From Antechinus flavipes (Eukaryota), in assembly GCF_016432865.1 (NCBI RefSeq), contig NC_067401.1:110112001-110176000 (forward strand): 64,000 nt of DNA, written 5' to 3'. Positions 12,240-24,597 of the stretch are shown here, in pieces. Numbering within the stretch: position 1 is the first letter of the stretch; every line of letters starts with the position of its first letter. A model generated the notes under the pieces. The model made no database searches and was not told the origin of the DNA. It saw nothing but the letters and a program-made list of their open reading frames with translations. A program made the translations under genes and the position numbers.

Positions 12240-12784
12240 CTGGGAAGGCAAAGAGTGGAGGTCAAAGCTCGGATCATTCACCTTTATCTAATTCCCTTTC
12301 TGGAGCACTAGGAGCAGCAGGATTTGAAAGGAAGTTAGTTTAAGAAACAGGAGGATTTGCTGCATTCTATTTCTGGAAGCTACAGGGATCAAGATTGCCG
12401 AGTTCTTCCCCCAGCTAAAAGGCAAATTGTGAGAAGAATGGGTTAGAGGAAATTCCCTAAGGAAAAGGAAAGGGAGAGAGAAATGGAGGGACGACAGAGA
12501 GCTGGAAAGAAAGAGACAAAGGCAAGTTTTGAGAAGAACAGGCCAGAGCAAACTTCTTAGGAGAAAGGAAAGAAATACAAATGTGAAGAGAGAGACAGAG
12601 ACAGAGACAAAGAGAAATTACAAGCCCTAAAAGCTGAGTGTAGCAGGGGATTGGGCTGAGATTTTGGTGATATACAGGAGGAATACAGCTATCTGAATTG
12701 CTAGAGACCCAATCAAGCAAAGTCCTGAGAGCAGGCAGTGGGAAAGGATGGTAGCCTTAGAGACATACAAAGAATCATACGAAC

Positions 12785-12865
12785 CTTTAAGGACAGTTTC
12801 GAAGGCCAGCTCAACATTAGTGGAGTCAAGAGCTGAGGTTTCAAGAAACAGAAGTCCATTATTTT
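12785..12865 (-). CDS. RAB25: RAB25 exon 4
   Basis: ENNGLLFLETSALDSTNVELAFETVLK; acceptor tttgtatcag, donor AAAG|GTTCGT; 81 nt. Confidence 0.95.
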
Positions 12866-13485
12866 CTGATACAAAAAAGGAAATCAGTAATTGGTATTAA
12901 TATTGATAATAAGAGGAAAGCCTTGAAAACTCTTAACAACAACCCCAGTGAAAGTAACTTGTCAGGACAGTGAGAACATTGATAAAAAAACTTATCAGTG
13001 GGGGACTAGACATGAGAAAAATGATGTTTAAATCTTAAATGAATCCCTATGTTATCAGAGATTCTTCTGTGAATCTGTTCAAATGTTAATGTATCACTAA
13101 ATAGCTTTGAATGAATGTTTTTGTTAACAATATCAATGTCACACATTTTCCTTAGATACTAGTGTATCATAAAGTAAACTTTCCCAAAGAGATCTTCCTG
13201 AAACAAAGATCTGGCTCATTGCACAAGACTGCCCCTCTAGCACTCTTCAATTCAGCCAGACTAGCCTTCTTTCCCTTCCTCACTCACTCCATCTCCTCTC
13301 CCCACACCTTTGTAGTAGCTGTCTCCTCTTCCTGAAATCTGCTTCTTTCTTACCAACGACCCTAGAGCCCTTCTTTTTCCTTAAGGTGCACCTCAGAAAG
13401 CATCTTCTGCACATAGCTTTTACTAATTCTCTATGCCTATTCTCTCAGCTTTTAATTTTCTCCCCTCTCAGGGTACCTTGTATTT

Positions 13486-13491
<6 letters not shown>

Positions 13492-13526
<35 letters not shown>
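13492..13526. repeat. (TG)n microsatellite
   Basis: Directly visible. Confidence 0.93.
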
Positions 13527-13528
<2 letters not shown>

Positions 13529-13557
13529 ACATATATAGATATTTTTAAACTTTATAT

Positions 13558-13860
13558 TGGGCAGCTAAGTGATGCAGTGGAGAGAGTACGAGGCCTGAAG
13601 TTAGGAAGATTCATCTAATCTAATCCTCAATCTAAGGTACGAGGCCTGAAGTTAGGAAGATTCATCTAATCTAAGCCTCAGACACTTACTAACTGTGTGA
13701 CCCTGGGTAAGCCATTTAACCTTGTCTGCCTCAGTTTTCCCATCTGCAAAAGGAGCTTGAGAAGGAAATAGTAAACCACTGCAGCATCTCTTCCAAGAAA
13801 ACTCCACATAGGGTCATGAAGAAGTTGGATACAACTGAAAAATTGATTCAACAACAACAT
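13558..13860 (+). mobile_element. MAR1-like CORE-SINE with RTE-derived tail and internal 38-bp duplication
   Basis: gggcagctaagtgatgcagtgg head, tgtgtgaccctgggtaagccatttaacc core, caacaacaac tail. Confidence 0.75.
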
Positions 13861-14164
13861 AAAGGTTTATATTTATGCTACATGAATATTTTACACGTGT
13901 TTGTGGTCTCTTCCATTAGCATGTAAGCTCATTACAATTAGAGAGATGATTTCATTCTTTATACTTGTATCCCTAACATTTAGAACAGTGTTTGGCACAT
14001 AGGAGACACTTAATAGATACTTGATAGATTGATCATGTCACTCTCCTACAAACTCTAGTGGCTCTCAATTATCTGTACTATTAAATACAAACTACTACAT
14101 TTGTTTTTTTTTAAGTCCCACGCAATCTGGTCCCAAATCCCCAACACTTAATACAATGGTTTTC

Positions 14165-14410
14165 CTGTTGTTGTTTATTATTGTTCAGTCATGTCTGACT
14201 CTTTGTTACCCTTTGGGGTTTTCTGGCAAAGACACTGGACTGGTTTATCACTTTCTTTTCCAGTTCATTTTTCAGATGAGGAAACTAAGGAAAACAGGGT
14301 TAAGTGACTTGCCCAGGACCACAGAGTTAATGAGTATCTAAGGCCAGATTTGAACTCAGGAAGAATTCAGGCCCAGCACTCTGTACCCTATGGGCCACCT
14401 AGCTGCCCCT
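14165..14410 (-). mobile_element. MAR1-like SINE
   Basis: Reverse complement of head (ccacctagctgcccc), core and RTE-like tail. Confidence 0.75.
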
Positions 14411-14657
14411 TCCCATGTAGTAAGTGCTTAATAAATGTTTCATTCATTTATTCAACCTACATCTCCAGCCTCATTATATATTAGTCCTGCACTCCATGGT
14501 TCAACCAAAATATCCTTCTTACTGTATCTCACACTGCACTCCTCGGCTCCAACTGTTTCCCCATAGCTAGAATACACTCTTTCCATTCTTTTGTCTCTTT
14601 CACGATTCAGCTCAATCACCATTTTTTATAGGTACTTTCCTGACCCCAAAATACTAA

Positions 14658-15017
14658 TAGGGAATTCTTGATCATTTTTGGCATCATGAATCCCTTTGGC
14701 AGGCTGGTGAAGCCTAGGGATGGATCTCTTCTCATAATAGTATTTTTAAATGCACAAAATAAAAATACGTAGGAGTACAAAGGACACTAATTATATTGAA
14801 ATATATACATTTAAGGGGCACATAGGTGGCGCAGTGATTAGAGCACCCGCCCTGAAGTCTGGAGGACCTGAGTTCAAATCTGTTCTCAGACACTTAACAT
14901 TTCCTGGCTGTGTGACTGACCCTGGGCAAGTCACTTAACCCCAATCGCCTCAGCAAAAAGAAAAAAGAAATATATATTTAAAAAACAAATTCACAAACTC
15001 TAAGTTAAGAATTCCTG
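14658..15017. mobile_element. Old hAT-Charlie-type MITE interrupted by WSINE1
   Basis: Degenerate TIRs tagggaattcttga / gttaagaattcctg; internal ccctttggcaggctggtgaagcct typical of this MITE group. Confidence 0.6.
14815..14970 (+). mobile_element. WSINE1 SINE
   Basis: A box ggtggcgcagtg, B box gagttcaaatc, aaccccaatcgcctcagc plus A tail. Confidence 0.85.
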
Positions 15018-15408
15018 AATGAACATCTGCCTCCCCAAACTATATGGTGTTTATTTTGTGTGCGTGTGTATACCTTACAAAAATGCATGTGTACATATGT
15101 ATCTGTTGATTGATTATTTCACTTTTCAGGAATGAGCCGGCAGAGCATAAATTTGGCAGGACTGTCAGGGGCTACAGGCTTATACTACTGTGTGACCCCT
15201 CACTAAGTTTGAGGGAGCAGAACAACTTTTCTAACTGCAGTGACTTGGGAGGGGCTTGGACCAGGACATGGAAGAAGTTCCCCATTGAGGCAGTCACAGA
15301 TCCCTGAGAACTGGAGTAACTTAGAATGTGGAAGTGGGAGAACCAGGGCCAAGAGACTAGAAATGGCCTCAAATAAAGCCCAGCAGAGCCCCAGGGCTCG
15401 GCCCTCAC

Positions 15409-15602
15409 CAGCAAACATGCGAGCCTCGTCCGTGGGCACCTCTCTAGCGTGGTTCAGGTCGCTCTTATTGCCCACCAGCATGACCACGATGGTAGCCTCT
15501 GCATGGTCATAGAGCTCCTTCAGCCAGCGCTCCACCACAGCATAGGTCTGGTGTTTGGTTAGATCAAATACCAGCAAAGCCCCGACTGCCCCTCTGTAAT
15601 AC
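15409..15602 (-). CDS. RAB25: RAB25 exon 3
   Basis: [64 protein letters not shown]; donor G|GTGAGG; 194 nt. Confidence 0.97.
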
Positions 15603-16309
15603 CTAGGAGAGAGAGGGGGAGAGGGAATCATAATTAGGGTATCCCCAAACACACAGAGAAATATGGTGGTATTGGGCCGAAGCAGGTAGACTGTCATTCA
15701 GGAGGATTTGAGTTCAAATTCTGAGTAAGTGACTTACCTATTCTCAGCTTCAGTTTGTACATCTGGGAAATGGGGCTAATAACAACATCTATCTCACAAG
15801 GTTTTGTGAGGATCAAATGACATAATAATGTAAAAGTGTTTTATAAACCCTAAAACACAATTTGATGTTAGCAATTTTTTTTTTAACCTGACCTGTGATA
15901 TTACTGGTATAGGAAACCACCAGATGAGGAAACTCCTAACAATGCAGCTGGGCAGCTGCTCTATAAATTGTAATTTTAATTACTTAGATCACTGTGTCAA
16001 AGGCAAGATTTGAACTTAGCCAATCAAAGATTGACTCTCTATCTGCATACCATGCTGCATTTCAAATAAATGTCAGTTACTGCAATTTGAAGTTTTCATC
16101 TTGGAAATTCAACATTTTAATTCAACAAACATATATCAGTGCAGTCGGGTTATTAAAGACAATCAAGGTTAAGTAATTTGCCCAGGGTCATACAGCTGGT
16201 AAATGGCTGACACTGGATTTGAACTTACCGTCCTCCTGACTTCATAGTTCCACTGTACCACCTAACTGCCCCCAATCAGTCTATTTTTTTTTTTGAGTCA
16301 CTCCCCCCA

Positions 16310-17290
16310 CTTTTTTCATTTAATGTAAAGATAGTTTTCAATATTCACTTTTTAAGATTTTGATTTCCAAATTTCTTCTCCCTTCTTCCCTCCTCTTCCC
16401 CCCAGATGGCAAACAATCTGATACAAGTTATACATATACAATTAGATTAAATGTTTCTACATTAGTCCATTAGTCATGCTGTGAAAGAAGAGTCAGTATA
16501 AAAAGAGAAAGGAAAAACAAAACAAAACAAAAAAACAATAGAATTGATGAGGTTGAGAAGGGGGACCCCAAAGTCCCAGACCAGTGTTGCAAAATGTCTC
16601 AAAAGAATTTGTAGGCTTGAACCCATCTCTTAGTCAAGGGGCAAAGTTTATTAAAAGCAATGTGACACCATTAATGAGGGAACTGAATTGTAAGAGAATC
16701 CAGTTAAGAGACTGAAGCTGCACTTATATAGCTTTCAATCATACATATATTAATTCCATGATCCGAGACTAGGAAGTAATCTCCAGATGAATTAAGGGTG
16801 GTCTTCAGAAAGATTGGATATGCTCATTTTCCAGGGGCAGATTCCAAAGCCAGAAGACCAAGGACTCATTAGAAAGAAGCCCCGAGGTCAGGGGACCCCA
16901 AAATCACATTACATCAGAATTAATATACTTCAATTTGCATTTCGACTCCATAGTTTTTTCTCTGGTTGTGGATGGCTTATTCATCACAAAGTCTTTTCAA
17001 TTGTCATGGACTATTGTATCGCTCAGGTGTTTTATAGTTAATCATCACACAATGTTGCTGCTAGTGCATGCCCTGTTTTCCTGGTTCTGCTCATTTCACT
17101 TTGCATTAGTTTTTCTAAAATCTGCCTGCTCACCATTTCTTAGAGGACCGTAGCATTCTATTACATTTATATACCACAATTAGTTCAGCCATTTCCCAAT
17201 TGATAAATATCTTCACAATTTCCAATTCCTTGTTACTACAAAAAGAGCTGCAACAAATATTTTTGTATATGTGTCAGTCACCTTACTTTT
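16310..17290 (-). mobile_element. L1 3' fragment split by a solo LTR
   Basis: Reverse complement of marsupial L1 3'UTR on both sides of 16545-16916. Confidence 0.75.
16545..16916 (-). mobile_element. ERV solo LTR (372 bp, 4-bp TSD, ERV1-like)
   Basis: TGATG...CATCA inverted termini; GAAT duplicated at 16541-16544 and 16917-16920; minus-strand CCAAT (16813-16817), TATATAA (16724-16730), AATAAA (16647-16652) in U3-R order. Confidence 0.85.
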
Positions 17291-17559
17291 TTTTATAACA
17301 GCTTTTCATGTTTCAAAATACATGCAAAGATAGTTTTCATCAACCATTCTTGCAAAACTTTGTGTTCCATAGTTTTAGTAATCTTTCTTACCAGATAGTT
17401 AAGTGATGGGAATACAAAGACAAAAAATGAATCCCTGCTCTCAAGTAGTTTGAATTCTTCTTGCGGTATGGCTACAATATTTACCCATATATAGATATAC
17501 ACATTCACAGATAGCTAAATTCAATATCATTTGAGGCCTGAGAGAAAACTTAACAACTA

Positions 17560-18830
17560 GATAGGTCAGGAAAGGCTTCTCCATCTTCTCCACTTTCTCA
17601 CTTATCTTTAATCTCCCCTGCTGTGTACAAACATGCCCATCTCTTCCCCCATCCCCACTACCTATTATCCCATATCTCTCTTTCCTTCTGTGATTAAATT
17701 CCTTGAGAAGACTGTCTACAATCAATGCTTCCACCTCTTTTCTTCTCACTCTCTTTTTAACTCTCCTATTTAGCTTCTGACCATCATTCAACTGAAACTA
17801 TCCTTCTTAAAACGACCAGCAATGTCTCTTTAAGAAAAAAATTACTTATCTGTCCATTTATTTATTTATTTGGAGGCAACTGGGGTGAAGTAACTTGCCC
17901 AGAGTCACACAACCACTAAATTTTTGAGGTCAAATTTGAATTCAGGTCCTCCTAACTCCTGAGCTGGTGCTCTACCACTGAGCCACCTAGCTGTCCCTCA
18001 GCAGTTTCTTAACTGAAAAAAATCTAACAGCCTTTTCTTCAATTCTCAACCTTCTTGTCCTCTCTGCAGCCATTGACTCTGTCGATCACCCTTTTCTCCA
18101 GGTTTCCATGACATTCCTCTATCCTGATTTTTCTCCTTCTATCTGACTACTTCTCAGCCTCCTTACTGAATTTTCATCCAGATCACTCTCACTAAAGGAA
18201 GAGGTCCTACAGCATTCTGTCCTGGGATTCTTCTTTTCTCTCTTTATACTATTTTATTTGGGAATGGATTCAATCATCATCTCTGATCTATTTGTCCAAT
18301 TCTAATCTCTTTTATAACCTCCAGACTCCCATTTCCATCTGCCTTTCTAAGATCTCAAACTGGATATCCTGTAGATCTCTTGAACTAAAAACATGTCCAC
18401 AACTACTCATTATTTTTCCTCCTTAAGTCCTCCCCTCTTCCTAACTTTCCTGTAACTGGGAATGGAAAGTTCCACCATGCTTCCAATCACCTGGATTTAC
18501 AATCCTGGGAGCCATCCTCAATCCCTCATTCTATCTTACGTCCAAAAGGCCTGTCAGTTCTGCCTTCACAAGTCCCAAATGTGCCCCCTTCCCTCCTCTG
18601 ATGTTGTCACCATTTTGGTAGCAGCCCCCACACCTCATGCTTATACTATTACACTAACCTGCTGCTTGGTCCTTCTGCTTCAAGTCTGTCCACCTCTTAG
18701 CTGTAAATTCCTAACTAGTCCTTTGACTAAGTCATCCTGTTCAATAATCCTCAGTGGTTCCCTCTCACCTCCAAGATCAAATAAAATATCTCCTTGAGGG
18801 CAGGAACCATCCTTTGCCTTTTTTTGGATT
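17560..18830 (+). mobile_element. Decayed L2 LINE region with nested SINE (about 17860-18000)
   Basis: CT-rich L2 ORF2 remnants ending near tttggcacaaagtaggtgcttaa. Confidence 0.6.
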
Positions 18831-18882
18831 CTCAGTCCATAGGATAGTGTTTGGCACAAAGTAGGTGCTTAAAAAATGCATA

Positions 18883-19016
18883 CTGTGGTGCAGCAGTGGA
18901 TAGAGCACCAGCCCTGAAGTCAGGAGGATCTGAGTTCAAATCTGGTCTCAGACACTTAACACTATCTGGTCACTTAACCCCAATTGCCTCAGCAAATTAA
19001 AAAAAAAAAAAAAAAA
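18883..19016 (+). mobile_element. WSINE1 SINE with internal deletion
   Basis: gcagtggatagagcaccagccctgaagtcaggagg...aaccccaattgcctcagc plus poly-A. Confidence 0.8.
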
Positions 19017-20109
19017 GCTTATTGACTGCCTGATTTTTAATTATCTGAGCTGAGCCTTGAGAGAATACAAGTGATCTAAGAGACAAAAATTAAAAGGGAG
19101 TGAATTTGGCGGGGTCGGGTAGGCAGCAGTGGATTGAGCACAGGCCTTTGAGTCAGGAGGATCTGAATGCAAGTCTAGCCTTCACATATTTACTAGACAT
19201 ATGATCCTGGGCAAGTCACTTAACTCTGCCTCCAAAGAATAAAAATTAAAAAAAAAAAAAAAAAAAAGAGAGTGAATTTTAAGCAAATGAAAAAGCTATG
19301 CTCATAAATGGAAGCTAAGGCACAGAGTTCATTCAAAAGCTCCTAAGTAATCCTGTGTGATTAGATTCCAGATTTTGTGAAAGGAAGTAACATGAAATAA
19401 AGCTGAAAAGTTGGGTTTAAGTTATACAGAGAAGGGCATTACATGCCCAACTGAGGAGTTCATATGTTATTCTAGAGGCAATGGGGAGCCACTAGAGGTT
19501 TTTGAGCAAGGGAGTAGCTCCCCTTTAGATGTTGTCTTCCCCCATTAGATGTAAACACCTTGAGGTGGGACTATCTGTTTGCTTATATATGTATTTCCAG
19601 CACTTACTATAATGCCTAACATATATTAAACTCTTAATAAATGTTCTGCCTATTTATCTGGAAGGAGATTGAAGGCAGCTAGGTGATGCAGTACATAGAA
19701 CACTGGACCTGGAGTCAGGCAGATGTTAGTACAATTTTGCCCTCATATTTATCAGTTATATGACCCTAGGCAAATCACTTAAATTCTATCTGCCTCAGTT
19801 TCCTTATATGAAGTAGTAGCACCTATTTCCCAGGATTGTTGAGAGAATAAAGTGAGATAATGTTAATAAAGTGCTTTGCAAACATTAAATCATTACACAA
19901 ATGCTAGCTATGACTAAGAATAGTAATAAATGGATAGATTATATTTTTATAGTGATTAACCACTTCATGAAATATGCTCAGGCAAACTCTAAACTTCTGA
20001 AAAGTTACGCGGTTGCTAAAGTTTTGTAAAAGAAGTATTTCACAAGACACAGACTTCCCGCCTGGATCCATTCAGACCAAGGCAGAGACTGAAAGCATAG
20101 TACTGAAAA

Positions 20110-20745
20110 AGTAGTGGCTGCATCAGTTGGACAATGGCTAGATAAGTTATGAATGTTACGGGCTATTATTGTTCTGTAAGAAATGACCAGCAGGATGATT
20201 TCAGAAAGGCCTGGAGAGACTTACATGAACTGATGCTAAATGAAATGAGCAGAATCAGGAGATCAGTATACAAGGAAACAACAAGACTATAGGATGGTTT
20301 GTTCTGACCCGACGTGGCTCTCTTCAACAATGACGTGATTCAAAGCAGTTCCAGTTGTTCAGTGATGAAGAGAGCCATCTCCACCCTGAGAGAGGACCGT
20401 GGCAAGTGAATGTGGATCATAACATAACATTCTAACTTCTTTTGTTGTTGTTTGATTGAATTTTATTTTCTTCCTTTTTTTTTTTTCTTTTTGATCTGAT
20501 TTTTCTTGTGCAGCAAGATAACTGTATAAATGTTTGCCTATATTTGATTTACATGTATATTTACATTCATTAATTAACATATTATTAATTAATGATTAAC
20601 ATATATTGGATTACTTGCCATCTAGGGTAAGGGGTAGAAAAAAGAGAAGGGAAATTGGAATACAAACTTTTGTAAGAGTCAATGGTAAAAAATTATCTTT
20701 CATATGTTTTGAAAATAAAAAGCTTTAATAAATTTTTTTTGAAAA
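20110..20745 (+). mobile_element. 5'-truncated L1 3' end
   Basis: agaaatgaccagcaggatgatttcagaaaggcctggagagacttacatgaactgatg...aaaagctttaataaa. Confidence 0.8.
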
Positions 20746-21277
20746 AGAGTAGTAGCTAGCATCAAGAAGCCAAGGATTTTACCTAACTACCCTCAAAGGT
20801 ATTGCAATCACACATTGCTAAACATATTAGAGACACTAAGACTAGAACAAAAATTTCAGTGATGTCAACATAGGTGACACGACATTTGGATGAGAACTGT
20901 GTGGACCTATTAATGTGTACTTTAGAGTTTCCAAGGTGGAGAGACTGCAGATGCTAACAACCAAGAAAGATGCTAGAAGAAGGTAATCCCCAACTACAAC
21001 TTGGAACAGAACTGTCAGAAATAGATGTTCAAATTTGTTGTCTAGATTTTGAACAAGAGGTTGGTTTAGTTTTTCTTCATGGATACGGTTGTGGAAAGAC
21101 CAAACAATTCTCCTATTTTATAGGATAGCCTCAGAAACTAGTGGGAGTCCTATAAAGACAATTTGCCATAATCACTTTTACTATAAGTGAATTAGTTGGA
21201 CTCCCTGATGGGCAGGAAGAGATTGATAGTCACTTATTGCAAAGGATTTCAAGCAAAAAAGCTATGAGGTTTTTTTT

Positions 21278-21410
21278 TTTCCCTTCTTACTGAGGCAATT
21301 GGGGTTAAGTGACAGCTAGGAAGTGTTAAGTGTCTGAAGCCATATTTGAACTCAGGTCCTCCTGACTTCAGGGCTTTTGCTCTATCCACTGCACCAACTA
21401 ACTGCTCCTA
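21278..21410 (-). mobile_element. WSINE1 SINE
   Basis: T-run, then tgaggcaattggggttaagtgac...atttgaactcaggtcctcctgacttcaggg. Confidence 0.8.
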
Positions 21411-21954
21411 CCTATCAAAGAGTGACTCAGAAATAGTATTTCAAATGAAGCAGTATATTGTAATTCAGCAACCAGTCCACAGAGGGGTAGAGGGCTGAAA
21501 CACCTTTCCTGCCTAGATGTTCAGTGATAAATAGTCTTAAGCTATAGCTATGATATATCATAGATAGGGAGAAAGGGAGAGAGACAAAGAGATAGAGACA
21601 GAGACACAGAGAGAGAGAGCAAGAGAGAAAAATATGTATTTTACCTATCCCCATCTTATATCTATATCAATATATATTACTACACAGAGTAATAGGCTAG
21701 CCAGCTTGTAGTGTCTATGCATTCAGTTTTAGGGATGCAGTATAGTTATCCCTTCTACATCATGGAGAGTTTATAATCTGGAAAATCTGCATAAAAATTT
21801 CTGACTCTCCCTTCAAATACTAGAGAAGAAGCCTGAATTTTTTCTTTTTCTTTTATGAGATTTTACAGTACCTTATTTTAAAATTTGGTAGTAGACTCTG
21901 TGTCATCTTTGGCTCCTACAAAACTCCCATCTAATTTCTTATATTGACCCATAA

Positions 21955-21957
<3 letters not shown>

Positions 21958-21996
<39 letters not shown>
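21958..21996. repeat. (CA)n microsatellite
   Basis: Directly visible. Confidence 0.95.
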
Positions 21997-21999
<3 letters not shown>

Positions 22000-22690
22000 T
22001 TATCTCCTGCTAATTGGTCTCCCTGCTTTTAGTCTCTCCTCACTCCAGTTCATCCTCTATTCAGATGTCAAATTAACTTCCAATTAATCTTCTGACCATG
22101 TCACAAATCCAGGGACTTCTTATCACCACCAGGATCAAATATAAAATTCTTTGCTAATTACATCCCTTCATCACCCGATCCCTTCCCAACTTTTCCAGTC
22201 TTCTTTTTTGGAGGCAATCAGGATCAAGCAGGGTCACATAGCTAGTAAATGTCTGAGGATGGATTTGAACACCAGTCCTCCCAACTTTAGGCTGGTGCTC
22301 TGTCTACTGTGCGATCTAATTGACCCCCAAAATCTTCTTATTCCTTACTCACCCCCATGTATTCTGAAGTCCAATAACACTGACCTCCTTGCTGTTTCTT
22401 AAAACAAAATAGTTCATTTCTCAACTCGTCATTACTACTGGCAGAACCCTATGTCTGGATTGTTCTTCCTCCTCACTTCTGCCTCCTGGCAATCCCCAAT
22501 CCCCTTTAATGTTACATCATTAATTTATCCTGTATTTATCTTGTTTGTAAGAAGTTATTTTTATCTTGTCTCCTCCTTAGATCTTGACCTCCTTGAGAGT
22601 AAACACTGTCATTTGCCTTTCTTTGTATCCCCACTGCTTAGCAGAGTTGCTTGGCACATAGTAGGTGCTTAATAAATGCTTTTTGATTAA
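22000..22690 (+). mobile_element. L2 3' fragment with nested antisense SINE (about 22205-22320)
   Basis: Ends cttggcacatagtaggtgcttaataaatgc, the L2 terminus. Confidence 0.65.
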
Positions 22691-24401
22691 ATCTGGTTTC
22701 AGACACTTAACACTTCCTAGCTGTTGGACAAGTCACTTAAGCCCAATTGCCTCCCCCCCAAAGCCCCCTAAAACCCAACAATAAATAAATGCCCTTTAAT
22801 TTGACTTTTCTATGTACTAGTATGTTGCTATCTTGTTCTTGTGTTATTACTGCATTGATGTATTTTGCTGACTACGCCTATTTGCTTATATGGATATGCA
22901 CACATGTACTATTGTTAACACATGCATATAATATGTCTGGCATCTGGGATTACTAAAGTTCTATCTAGAATTTGGGACTATGGACAAATATGCCCAAATG
23001 TGCTGCGGTTGATTTGCCAAGGATAGTAAATGTTTAACTAGGAGAGTATAAGAGAGATGGTTCTTGAAAGCCCAGAACCTAATCACAGAAAAGAAGCTGA
23101 TAACAACTTGTTAAACTAACTAAAAATGAAGCTATGCCAGGTGATCTCTGTCTGAGGTAGGACCAAGTTCTTTGAGCGAATAATAAGCCACACCCCTGGG
23201 CAACTTTTAAAGGTAAATCCAGATTGAAGCCAAAGAGGAACCCAGCTCATGGAATGAGATAAGGGAAGTGCATGAAAAGCCATGGAGCTGAGATTGGTAG
23301 TTTGGGAAGAAGCAGTCAAAAGTATGGGGGTCAACATCCTGAGAGGGAAGGAAAATTTGGGGTTAATTAGTTATGTATAGTATCAAAATAGATGCTGAAT
23401 GACAAATGTGGATGACAAATATTTGGAAGAATTACATGTTTAACCTTTATTGGATTGTTTGCTGTCTAGAGGAGGGGGAAAAGGAGGGAGAAAAATTCGG
23501 AGCGCAAGGTTTTGAAGGGATAAATTTTGAAAATATCTTTGCATGTATTTTATTTTTTGTTTGCCTTTTACAGTAGTTTTTTATTTTTCAAGAGACATGC
23601 AAACCATGAAAATTGTAGAAATATGTATAAAAGAATTGCACATGTTTATCATATATTGGATTACTTGCTGTCTAAGGGAGGGAGTAGGAGAAAGGAGGAA
23701 AAAAATTTGGAACACAGAGGTGAATGTTGAGAATTATCTTTGCAAGTATTTTGAAAATAAAAAGCTTTAATAAAAAAAATACATGCAAAGACGGTTTTCA
23801 ACATTCACGCTTGAAAAACCTTGCATTCCCTTTGCATGTATTTTGAAAAATAAGCTATTATTATTTTTTTTTAAAAAGATGCTGAAATTGTCCCTAATTT
23901 AAAGACCACAATTTAGTAATCTTTATCTCCTTTCTCCCCTGGCCATGAGGAAAGTCTATTTACCTTCTTTCTTTTAAAGATTTACTTTGTCTTTATAAAT
24001 AGAATTAACTACAGGTCTTTGGTAGTCTGGATTTGCTTGTTGGAAACAAAGTTGAAAGGGGAAGCACCCCTAGAAAAGAAAGTAAGACCTGAGTCTCTGC
24101 TTAGAAGCTCAGAACTTAAAAAAAAATGAAAAGAAAAAAAAAAAACAAGAAAAAATTACAGAGCAGAGAAGGAACATATGAGAAACCCATCTAAGCAATA
24201 ATGTATAGTACGATATATGTGAAGATAAGGGCAAATAGGAGCAGTTGAGCAACTCTACTCACTATGTTTTTCTACTGCTGCTACGTAGATAGAAGCAATT
24301 GTTATAGTTCATTTCATTTCATTCTCTCGTTTCCCTATTCCTAAACATAGTCTCCTATGTGTTTCTCCCTTGCTTCCATCCCTCAAAGACCCAAGACTCA
24401 C

Positions 24402-24597
24402 GCTGAAGTGATGGCACGGTATCGTTCCAGCCCAGCTGTGTCCCAGATTTGGGCTTTGACAGCAGCTGTTCCTAGCAGCACAGTTCGAGTAGAAAATTCC
24501 ACCCCGATGGTTGTCCGACTGTCATGGCTAAACTCATTTCGTGTGAATCTTGACAACAGGTTGGTCTTTCCCACTCCAGATTCCCCTATCAGCACCA
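24402..24597 (-). CDS. RAB25: RAB25 exon 2 (P-loop, switch regions)
   Basis: [65 protein letters not shown]; WDTAGLE is RAB25-specific; donor GC|GTGAGT; 196 nt. Confidence 0.98.
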
